Shown piece by piece: positions 28,607 through 40,583 of a stretch of DNA of 64,000 nucleotides; position 1 is the stretch's first letter; every line of letters starts with the position of its first letter. Origin of the DNA: Candidatus Heimdallarchaeota archaeon (GTDB lineage Archaea; Asgardarchaeota; Heimdallarchaeia; Heimdallarchaeales; Heimdallarchaeaceae); assembly GCA_030603365.1 (NCBI GenBank), contig JAUVXV010000016.1, positions 26,274 through 90,273 on the forward strand, written 5' to 3'. The notes beneath the pieces are model-generated. The model saw only the letters and a list, made by a program, of their open reading frames with translations. It was not told the DNA's origin and did no database searches. The position numbers and the translations under genes are program-made.

Positions 28607-30013
28607 ATGAGTACAACACAAATAGTAAACGATTATAATGATGTTTCAGACATTGATCAGGATAGCAATATAGACATCAAAGTGTATGAATTGGCCTCGA
28701 AAGAGGTTGAGAAGAATGTTTCTCACCTAATAAACGAGCTTTATTCAAAAGGTGTCATCTTTTCTATTAAAATATCTAAAGAAAAAACCCATCTTATCAT
28801 CTACAGTTTAAACAATATATATCGAAACGAAGAAACAAGAGAAAATCTACTGAATCATCTTCAATTAGCATACTCCTTAAAGGAAATAGAGAATACAGAG
28901 GATTTCTTTATACCATCTATTAAAAAAGTAGAGCAAGATGGAAAATTTGTTGTATTAAGTTACTCTAATAACAATCCAAGACAATATTTCTTTACTTGTT
29001 TACTATCTGCTGTTAACTCGAACATACAATCTTTAAATAGAAATTTTAGCAACTTTGTCAAAGATTTAGTACAAGCAAATATTTTCTCTATTATATTAAC
29101 TCAATTTGCTTCTAGAAATAAAGCTGATCAGATGTCTAATATGTGGGGAATTATGTTTTTAGCAAAAAGTAGTGACAAAGAGTTGCTTAAGAAAAAAGAA
29201 CAAACATTTCAGAGATATATTAAGGCAAACACAACAAAACTAAATTGCCAACTCCAATTTCTCTCAAAAAGAGAAATAATGAGACATCAAATAAATTTCA
29301 GATTATATGTTCCTTGGATTAAACACTTAGGCGTGCTTAATGATATTATGCCCGTACCTAAATTACTGAACCTAGTTATGCAAAAACAACGCATTGTTGT
29401 TCCATTTCCTACAATAGAAAAGGTGGAGGAACCTTCTTTACAAGCTACAGTAATATCAAAACCCAATCTGTTGAAAGAGACCTCTTCTCAAAAGGTATTT
29501 TCATCAAGAAAACCCTATCCTAGCATTAGAGCAAACATACCTTCTGGAATTGTGAATAAAAGTACAACCATACAGAAACTTCATGATTCTATGAAACAGC
29601 TTACTCCTAGTAATATTGAAGATTTTTCAGTACCTACTCCAAGAACAATGAATGCTGTTTTCGATATTGAATACTTGAAAGTTAGAATAAGTAAGATCTT
29701 TAAAGAGTTTGAATTCAAAGAAACTTTGATTTTTGAAGAGAATTTTGATTTGGTTTTGAGAAAAGAGACTTATTATGTGTTCATTAAATTCTTCAAAGAT
29801 GTTTTAAATCAGAATGGTGCTTATGAAATCGTAGAAACTCTAAGCTCAATAGCAGGTTTAAGAAATAAATTTCTTTGTATAGTAGTAGCAGATGTTTTGG
29901 AAGAAAATGCCAGTAAACTTCTGAATGAATATAATATTCTTCATTTAACTCTGACTGATATTTTAGTTAATGATTCATTAAAAGCCAAGCTTTATGGAAT
30001 AATTTTAGCTTAA
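28607..30013 (+). CDS. Hypothetical protein with C-terminal Mrr/restriction-endonuclease-like fold (probably inactive)
   Basis: The C-terminal FDLVLRKETYYVFIKFF...CIVVADVLEENASKLLNEYNILHL follows the Mrr_cat pattern. A Pro/Ser/Thr-rich linker precedes it. Confidence 0.5.
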   Translation: MSTTQIVNDYNDVSDIDQDSNIDIKVYELASKEVEKNVSHLINELYSKGVIFSIKISKEKTHLIIYSLNNIYRNEETRENLLNHLQLAYSLKEIENTEDFFIPSIKKVEQDGKFVVLSYSNNNPRQYFFTCLLSAVNSNIQSLNRNFSNFVKDLVQANIFSIILTQFASRNKADQMSNMWGIMFLAKSSDKELLKKKEQTFQRYIKANTTKLNCQLQFLSKREIMRHQINFRLYVPWIKHLGVLNDIMPVPKLLNLVMQKQRIVVPFPTIEKVEEPSLQATVISKPNLLKETSSQKVFSSRKPYPSIRANIPSGIVNKSTTIQKLHDSMKQLTPSNIEDFSVPTPRTMNAVFDIEYLKVRISKIFKEFEFKETLIFEENFDLVLRKETYYVFIKFFKDVLNQNGAYEIVETLSSIAGLRNKFLCIVVADVLEENASKLLNEYNILHLTLTDILVNDSLKAKLYGIILA

Positions 30014-30092
30014 AATTCGTGGAAAAATAGCGTGTTAGGTCTTCTTAGAAGATTCAAACTAATTATAATTTGTTTTCAAGAATTGTCTAAGG

Positions 30093-30153
30093 AAATAAGT
30101 AAAAAGCTTCCGTATTACAGAAGCTTTTGAGGAGAGTAAATAAGTAAAAAGCT
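30093..30153 (+). repeat. 16-bp direct repeat AAATAAGTAAAAAGCT x2 with internal inverted repeat
   Basis: Copies at 30093-30108 and 30138-30153. AAAAGCTTC/GAAGCTTTT arms at 30102-30110 and 30120-30128. Confidence 0.8.
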
Positions 30154-30528
30154 ATGGGGGAACCAGATATAAAAATAAAATCTTACATCGCAGGTCTTGT
30201 ACATAAATTTCTACCAAAACATGAAGAAACAATACACAGCGGTCTATTTCTAATGTCTTCTAAACAAAAAGATTTCAATATTTTTGATTGGTATTTTAAT
30301 GGATATTCTGTTATTTCTGAAACCATTTCTTCATATTTACGACATTTGTGTTACAACAAGACTGTAGAATTTACAAATGACGGGATATACTCTCTTGCAA
30401 AAAATCAAACTATTATATCAGCTGAAGAATTAGCTAATGCAATACAGCAGGTGGAAGATAGTTTGCTTGATTATAAGTCGAGTATAGATATAATTAGAGA
30501 TGCAGAAAAAATATTTTCTTCTGCCTAG
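30154..30528 (+). CDS. Small hypothetical protein, possible DUF4065/YwgA-like winged helix
   Basis: 124 aa. FDWYFNGYSVISETISSYLRHL loosely resembles the F..Y.YGP.S..L motif of that family. Confidence 0.4.
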   Translation: MGEPDIKIKSYIAGLVHKFLPKHEETIHSGLFLMSSKQKDFNIFDWYFNGYSVISETISSYLRHLCYNKTVEFTNDGIYSLAKNQTIISAEELANAIQQVEDSLLDYKSSIDIIRDAEKIFSSA

Positions 30529-30552
30529 ATAGAACTTGGTTATTAGCTTCAA

Positions 30553-31929
30553 TTAATAGGATGTAACTGACACATCGGGTTCTTTATCAAGTGTTTTAGG
30601 TCTTATTTTCTTCCACATGTCTCTGAGTTTTTCTGCATCATTTGGGTGAGCATATGCTCTAACCAGCGTAAACAGTGTTCTATAAGCTTTAGGTCCTGAA
30701 AATGTAGTAATATACGATGTAGTATTAAGGGCTTCATTTAGAGTAAATGAATTTGTACCAGGACGAATACGATCGTATGGATCATAAATGTATATGTTTG
30801 AAGCTTGAAATTCTTGCTCATTTATTGTAGACAATTTATATGTTGAATCAACTTTAATATTATATTTGATTTTAATTTTGTTTTCCTTAGCGTAATTTTT
30901 CACTTTTTTAATGAAAGATTCTTGTGCGGTCAGACTACATAGCTCTTCAACACTGATCCCTAAACTATCTGCAGTTGATTCATCAATAATTTTCTCCCAA
31001 ACAGCTTTATATAAACGACGATCAAAAAGATCCTTTGCTAGTGATTTGGCGACAGCTAAGTCTTCTGATTCTTTGGAGAAGATTTCTCCAAGAAGGGTAT
31101 ATTCGTTAAGGTATGTATATCTGGCTAAATCGTTTGTACGTTCAATAAGTTCCAGGGGCTCACAAGCCTCTCCAAGCATTTCATGTATTGTAATATCAGC
31201 AGCTCTTGCTGTTTTATGAAAATATACATTCTTATATTCAAAAAATCTGCCGATGAGAGAAGAATAGATGTCATCTAAGCATTTCCAATTATAATGAATA
31301 GCTTCTTTATCGAGATGCATCTGAATTGATGTATTATTGATAATCCGATTTACTGCTATTATTCCAAAATGAAGAGTACCTGCAAAAAAGGAGTCTCTAA
31401 GCATGAAATCTAACCGATCAGCTCCAAGTGCACCTTGAATTAGTGGATGGACAAGATAGTTCTCACCATTCCAGATTTTCATTAATTCCTCTGGATTAGT
31501 AAACTCCTCAATAATTGGTTTGAGGAATTCAGAAAAAACCATTTTATCTCTATGAACATCATGTCCGTGAGGTGCATCAGGATATACTCTCTTGAAAACA
31601 ACATCATCATAAGTGTGGCTGAAAGGACCATGACCAATGTCATGTAGAAGTGCTGCAATTCTAGCAGTTTGAGTTATTTCTACTACATCATCATGCTCTC
31701 TGAAAACTTCTTCTGAATATTTACCTGCTAGATGCATGACCCCAGTGCTATGTGTAAATCTAGAATGAATAGCTGAAGGATAAACTTGTCGAACTCCTGA
31801 AAGTTGGCTTATCCAGCGTAATCTTTGAAATATAGGCGTATCTATTATTTTATTTTCTATTTCTGTCATACGTACTTCATCGTAGATGGGATCTCTGATA
31901 GTACGAGTGAAGTTTAATACGTCTCTCAT
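30553..31929 (-). CDS. HD-domain phosphohydrolase, SAMHD1/COG1078-like dNTP triphosphohydrolase
   Basis: RDPIY, FQRLRWISQL, HSRFTHS, LLHDIGHGPFSH, ADRLDFMLRD and VYFHK motifs. Confidence 0.92.
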   Translation of the reverse strand: MRDVLNFTRTIRDPIYDEVRMTEIENKIIDTPIFQRLRWISQLSGVRQVYPSAIHSRFTHSTGVMHLAGKYSEEVFREHDDVVEITQTARIAALLHDIGHGPFSHTYDDVVFKRVYPDAPHGHDVHRDKMVFSEFLKPIIEEFTNPEELMKIWNGENYLVHPLIQGALGADRLDFMLRDSFFAGTLHFGIIAVNRIINNTSIQMHLDKEAIHYNWKCLDDIYSSLIGRFFEYKNVYFHKTARAADITIHEMLGEACEPLELIERTNDLARYTYLNEYTLLGEIFSKESEDLAVAKSLAKDLFDRRLYKAVWEKIIDESTADSLGISVEELCSLTAQESFIKKVKNYAKENKIKIKYNIKVDSTYKLSTINEQEFQASNIYIYDPYDRIRPGTNSFTLNEALNTTSYITTFSGPKAYRTLFTLVRAYAHPNDAEKLRDMWKKIRPKTLDKEPDVSVTSY

Positions 31930-32069
31930 AGTAATTCCTCTATAATACTTATTGTTAATTAATTTAATAACCTTTTAATCTTTTTGCTCCAAACTAAAAT
32001 TACGACAAAAATGGTTGTGGGCTGTGAAAACATGGTTTTTTATCAAACAATTGATGGGTTTGTGGGTGT

Positions 32070-32146
32070 TGGTGGACCGACCGGGATTTGAACCCGGGGC
32101 TACTTCGGTGCGAACGAAGCGATCTCCCAGACTGATCTACCGGCCC
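32070..32146 (-). tRNA. tRNA-Ala(CGC)
   Basis: Acceptor GGGCCGG/TCGGTCC with G3:U70, anticodon arm CTTCG-TTCGCAC-CGAAG, encoded CCA. Confidence 0.97.
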
Positions 32147-32238
32147 AACGAAGCATTACGAATATTTATTTTGGAAAGAAATTAATAAAATACGATAATA
32201 TGATATTGAAAGAAGAGAGTGGCAAAATAAGGAAAATT

Positions 32239-32652
32239 CTATCCAGAACCCTTAGCTCTCATGATTTGTCTTTTACCTATGGCCTCCCAATATTCAACTT
32301 CTGAACCTTCTTGAATCTTGCTTTTAATATCTTCATCATCAGGTATTGCTGCTTCAAAAGTATCATAAGTTTCAAGATCCATCAGTTGAACACTATCTGT
32401 AGATAATGATAAAACTTGAGCATTTCTTTTATCAATTATGGGAGATTGAAGTTTAAAATCACCAGGAATAGCGATTTCTGTTTTACTTCCTGTGAAAATG
32501 TTCTCTATTTTCATTCTACATTTAGCATGACCATGTTTTCCACTTTTTGATTTCTCTATTGAACGGACTAAGTAAACATCATCATTATGAATAATGTGAT
32601 GGCCTTCTTTAATTTGACCTGCTTTTATTGGTTTTACATCGTGTTCAGACAT
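32239..32652 (-). CDS. eif5a: Translation factor aIF5A/eIF5A
   Basis: Hypusine loop SKSGKHGHAK and VQLMDLETY motif. Confidence 0.97.
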   Translation of the reverse strand: MSEHDVKPIKAGQIKEGHHIIHNDDVYLVRSIEKSKSGKHGHAKCRMKIENIFTGSKTEIAIPGDFKLQSPIIDKRNAQVLSLSTDSVQLMDLETYDTFEAAIPDDEDIKSKIQEGSEVEYWEAIGKRQIMRAKGSG

Positions 32653-32799
32653 TTGATTATATCTCCTACAAGTTCTTTTTTCTTTATGATTTATTTTATA
32701 TTACTGTGATATTTTTAAAGGATTTTGGTTACAATAATCTAAAGATGATATCGTTTTAATAGATTTTTGAAAAATAAAATAAAAAAGGAAATGAATGGA

Positions 32800-33243
32800 T
32801 TATCTTTGTGGTTTAGCTTTCTTTCCTATAACAATTTGATTAATGGCTGTTCCATTAACATGTGTAACTTGCCATTTTACACCAGGAATATCACCCATTG
32901 CTCCCTTTTGAGCACCACCTATACTACATACTAGAACTTCATCGTGCTCATCAATGTAAAGAAGACCTCCATCATGTGGAACAAAGGCACCAACCTGTTT
33001 CCCGTTTTTAGTAAGTCTAACCCTTACACATTTTCTCATTGCAGAGTTGGGTTGTTTACTTTCCACTCCATATTTTTCTATAACAATCCCTCTTGCAGCT
33101 GGAGCTCCCTCTAATGGATCTGTTTTCTTGTCCAATCTTAACATTCTTCTTTTATAATGGATATCTTTCCAACGGAAGTGTTTTCTTTTGTTAACTAATT
33201 TTCTTGCTGCGAATTCTCCTTTCGGACTTTTTGATCCAGTCAT
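32800..33243 (-). CDS. rps12: 30S ribosomal protein uS12
   Basis: [15 protein letters not shown] and GDIPGV motifs. Confidence 0.98.
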   Translation of the reverse strand: MTGSKSPKGEFAARKLVNKRKHFRWKDIHYKRRMLRLDKKTDPLEGAPAARGIVIEKYGVESKQPNSAMRKCVRVRLTKNGKQVGAFVPHDGGLLYIDEHDEVLVCSIGGAQKGAMGDIPGVKWQVTHVNGTAINQIVIGKKAKPQR

Positions 33244-33320
33244 ATTAAATCACATTTTTTTAAGCCAATTAATCTAACCTTGTTAAGCTTAAGCTTTAGT
33301 TAGATTTTCCTCCTTAGTTT

Positions 33321-33335
33321 TTAATAAAAACCTTC
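33321..33335 (-). promoter_or_regulatory. Putative BRE-TATA promoter of rps12
   Basis: GAAGGTTTTTATTAA on the - strand. The same AAGGTTTTTAT core lies upstream of rpoA1. Confidence 0.5.
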
Positions 33336-33399
33336 TGTTCAATTACTTATACGCTATTTCCAAATTAATTTAAGAAATTAAAAAGAAGAATGAATTTAT

Positions 33400-37316
<3,917 letters not shown>

Positions 37317-37375
37317 AAATATGTTAGAATCTCTACACTAATCACGTGACTCTATCCCACGGGTTCGAGTATTTG

Positions 37376-37388
37376 ATAAAAACCTTTT
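37376..37388 (-). promoter_or_regulatory. Putative BRE-TATA promoter of rpoA1-rpoA2
   Basis: AAAAGGTTTTTAT on the - strand upstream of rpoA1. Confidence 0.5.
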
Positions 37389-37732
37389 GATTCTTAACCT
37401 CTTTATTGTTTCAATAACAATTAGACTAGCCCTTTATACTATAGTTCAATTATAATGAAAATAACAATGAAACTTATTATCCCGATTTTCCTTATTACCT
37501 ATTTTTTTAGTATTTTGTAGTATATAGATGCCTCTAGCTTCATATCTAAAGTCATAGAGAGATTTTATGTAATGAACTGTTGTTTACTCGTTCGATTTAT
37601 TCTGGTTTGGTAACAAACCATTCACTAGTATACATATTACTTGATAAGGTGCTAGAAACAGCTGTAAAAAAATGTAAATTCTTAGAACTTATATAGCCTT
37701 AAGCTAAAATGTCAAATTGAAAGTGAAAGAAG

Positions 37733-38683
37733 ATGAATACCACAGAAGAGAAAATCAATATTATTGATGGTAGAAAGTTTTCACAAGAATATACTGATAA
37801 AGTATTAAGACCTCGTTGTAAAATATTTAAAGAAAAATATAAGAGAATACCAAAATTATCCACCATAATAGTAGGTGATGATCCAGCTTCAGAATCTTAT
37901 CGTAGAATAAGAGAGAAATTTTTTGTAAATTTGTGTGTAGATTCAGAAGTTTTTAGCCTTCCTAAGGAAACAACAGAAGAGGAACTTCTAGACTTAATTA
38001 CCAAACAAAACCAAAACAATGATACTGATGGAATACTTGTCCAATTACCTTTACCAGATCATATAAATGAAGACAAAGTTATAGAAAACATTGCACCAAA
38101 TAAAGACATTGAAGGTCTATCACCAGGAAATGTTCATGCTTGGACAAAATCTACACCCAATCTAATACCAGCAACAGCTTTAGGTGTTCTTGCGCTTTTA
38201 AAACATTATCAAGTACCATTACAGGGAAAACATGCTGTAGTTGTAGGTAGAAGCATGATTGTAGGTAAACCTGTTGCCCATCTTCTCTTAAGAGAACACG
38301 CCACTGTTACAATATGTCACTCAAGATCAAAGCCTCTCGAAAAATATACTCTTGACGCTGATATTCTAATAGCAGCTGTAGGGCGTCCTCATCTTATCAA
38401 GAAAGGAATGGTAAAGAAAGGAGTGGTTATTGTTGATGTTGGTGTTAATTTCGAGGATGGCAAGTTACTAGGAGACACAGATTTTGACGATATAAAAGAA
38501 GACGCAAGTTTAATTTCTCCAGTACCTGGAGGAAGTGGTCCTGCAACAGTTTGTATGTTAGCAAGCAATCTACTCTTAGCTTTTGAACTAAAACAAGCAA
38601 AGAATGATAAAAAACTTCAGAAATGTCTAAGAACATATTATGAAAATTATGAAACATTAGAAAACAAAGACATCTGTGTATAA
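37733..38683 (+). CDS. folD: Methylene-THF dehydrogenase/cyclohydrolase
   Basis: GILVQLPLP, VVGRSMIVGKP, ATVTICHS and SPVPGGSGPAT motifs. Confidence 0.96.
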   Translation: MNTTEEKINIIDGRKFSQEYTDKVLRPRCKIFKEKYKRIPKLSTIIVGDDPASESYRRIREKFFVNLCVDSEVFSLPKETTEEELLDLITKQNQNNDTDGILVQLPLPDHINEDKVIENIAPNKDIEGLSPGNVHAWTKSTPNLIPATALGVLALLKHYQVPLQGKHAVVVGRSMIVGKPVAHLLLREHATVTICHSRSKPLEKYTLDADILIAAVGRPHLIKKGMVKKGVVIVDVGVNFEDGKLLGDTDFDDIKEDASLISPVPGGSGPATVCMLASNLLLAFELKQAKNDKKLQKCLRTYYENYETLENKDICV

Positions 38684-38727
38684 ATGACAAACAAAGTTAT
38701 TTAGAATAAAGAAGGTTATTTCACTTG

Positions 38728-39075
38728 ATGAAAGAAGTAACCTTAACAAAATCTTTTGAGATACAGGACCAAAAATATGAATTAATTATAGTTTCACTAG
38801 AAAATGCTGTATCTCTATTTATCTATGAAGATACTCCCAAATTTGGTACTTTTGGGGTTTCAGTTCCTGCAACAGAATTAATGTCTGCATCCACACTATA
38901 TATCACTGGTCAAAAGAATGAACAATATGTAAGGATGATTGGAGAAAGACTTGCAACACGAATGCAAAAACTAGTATTAACTTCACTCAATGTTCAAGAC
39001 ATTAACAATGAAATATTACTGAAAATATTTGAAAATATTGAAAAGGAATTGATTATAAAAGAGGAAAAGAAGTAA
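38728..39075 (+). CDS. PAC4 (PSMG4)-like proteasome assembly chaperone
   Basis: FGTFGVSVP...STLYITG...IGERLATRMQKLVLTSLN follows the PAC3/PAC4 pattern (recognised by eye). 115 aa. Confidence 0.65.
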   Translation: MKEVTLTKSFEIQDQKYELIIVSLENAVSLFIYEDTPKFGTFGVSVPATELMSASTLYITGQKNEQYVRMIGERLATRMQKLVLTSLNVQDINNEILLKIFENIEKELIIKEEKK

Positions 39076-39097
39076 AAAGCACTAATCATTAATGCTT

Positions 39098-40426
39098 TTA
39101 CTTCAAAATTGATAGTCCAGGATATAATGGAAACTGCTTGGTAAGTTCTAGAATGTCTTTTTTGACTTTCTCATTTACTTCAGGATCGCCTTTTGCCTTA
39201 ATAACCTTAGCAAGACCTTCAGCAATAACTTTCATCTCAGATTCTTTCATTCCTCTTGAGGTTATAGCGGGGGTTCCTAATCTTAAACCAGAAGGATTGA
39301 ATGGACTTGAAGGTTCATAGGGTACTGTATTCTTGTTCAAGGTTATACCACCTTCATCTAAAGCGGTTTGAATAAGACCACCTTTACCAATTAAATCTTC
39401 AGGACGCAAATCGATGAGAATGAGGTGATTATCTGTTCCGTTTGTAACTAGTTTAATATCAAGTGCCATTAATTCATCAGCTAATACTTTTGCATTTTTA
39501 ACAATTTGTTTTGCATAATCTTTAAACTCAGGTTTCATGGCTTCTGCAAATGCTACAGCTTTTGCTGCAGTAGAGTGATCGTGAGGACCACCCTGTAAGC
39601 CTGGAAATACTGCTGAATCTATCAATCGAGCCAGCGTAAATGGTTCTCCTGTTTTTGTTTTCTTTTTGGGGTGATGTATTTCATGTAATCTATCTTCAGT
39701 CTTACACATTATGATGGCTCCACGTGGTCCTCTAAGACTTTTGTGAGTTGTAGTCGTTACAACATCAGTATAAGGAAAAGGACTTTCATGTGCTCCACCT
39801 ACAACTAAACCTGAGATATGTGAAATATCTGCAAGTTGGTAAGCATCAACCTCTTCTGCAATCTCTTGGAAAGCTTTGAAATCTATTTTTCTAGGATAGG
39901 CAGTTAAACCAGATATGATCATTTTAGGTTTTTCCTTTTTAGCTAGTTCATGGATAACCCCCATATCTAGCATTTCTGTTTCCTTATCAACATCGTAGCT
40001 AACACAAGCATAGTTCTTACCAGAGAAGTTTACATGACTTCCATGGGTAAGATGACCACCTGAAGTAAGACTAAAACCTAAGAATTTATCTTTTAGATTT
40101 AATAAAGCAAAGAAGACAGCTTGATTAGCTGGAGAGCCAGAATAGGGTTGAACATTAGCATGCTCGCATCCAAAGAGCTTCTTGGCACGTTCTATTGCTA
40201 GAATCTCGACTTCATCCACAATTTCATTACCACCATAGTATCTTTTCTTAGGGTAACCTTCAGAGTATTTATTGGTGAAAACACTACCCATTGTCTGAAG
40301 AACAGAGCGGTAAGTGTAATTCTCTGAAGGAATTAACTCTATCCCTTCTTCTTGACGTTTTAATTCTCTTAGAAGCATATCAGCGACATCAGGATCAGAG
40401 TTTTCAATATCATTCATTAAATTCAT
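39098..40426 (-). CDS. glyA: Serine hydroxymethyltransferase (bacterial-like)
   Basis: LIPSENY, NKYSEGYP.KRYYGG, GGHLTHG and the PLP lysine in TTTHKSLRGPRG. ATG 40426 has an AGAGGA SD. Confidence 0.97.
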   Translation of the reverse strand: MNLMNDIENSDPDVADMLLRELKRQEEGIELIPSENYTYRSVLQTMGSVFTNKYSEGYPKKRYYGGNEIVDEVEILAIERAKKLFGCEHANVQPYSGSPANQAVFFALLNLKDKFLGFSLTSGGHLTHGSHVNFSGKNYACVSYDVDKETEMLDMGVIHELAKKEKPKMIISGLTAYPRKIDFKAFQEIAEEVDAYQLADISHISGLVVGGAHESPFPYTDVVTTTTHKSLRGPRGAIIMCKTEDRLHEIHHPKKKTKTGEPFTLARLIDSAVFPGLQGGPHDHSTAAKAVAFAEAMKPEFKDYAKQIVKNAKVLADELMALDIKLVTNGTDNHLILIDLRPEDLIGKGGLIQTALDEGGITLNKNTVPYEPSSPFNPSGLRLGTPAITSRGMKESEMKVIAEGLAKVIKAKGDPEVNEKVKKDILELTKQFPLYPGLSILK

Positions 40427-40509
40427 AATTAATCCTCTAAAGAATATCACAAGGTTTTCTTTAAATATTTTTTTCAAGCACACTTGTCCAAAAAAACACA
40501 ATTTCTGAA

Positions 40510-40547
40510 AATCTTACCACAATAAAATAAATTCTCGTGGTAAGATT
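40510..40547. repeat. Palindromic element, copy 2: AATCTTACCAC-N16-GTGGTAAGATT
   Basis: Same 11-bp arms and 16-nt spacer length as 16951-16988. Arms extend to 12 bp here. Confidence 0.9.
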
Positions 40548-40583
40548 TCCACACCCTCTGTCTTTCGCTCTTTTTTCTTTCTT

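Noticed and set aside
30093-30153. Repeat-spacer-repeat as a mini CRISPR array
   Set aside because: Only two 16-bp units, too short for CRISPR repeats, and no cas genes in the window.
32010-32069. att-like duplication downstream of tRNA-Ala (CCCACAA..CCAT twice on the - strand)
   Set aside because: Short and imperfect, not matching the tRNA 3' half, and no integrase present.
37455-37520. 21-codon hydrophobic ORF MKITMKLIIPIFLITYFFSIL
   Set aside because: Expected by chance in T-rich intergenic DNA, with no motif or clear expression signals.
40480-40583. ZTP or THF riboswitch upstream of glyA
   Set aside because: A GTGG/CCAC stem exists, but the conserved GACTGGCG and CGCCTGGG elements of the ZTP class and THF-riboswitch features are absent.
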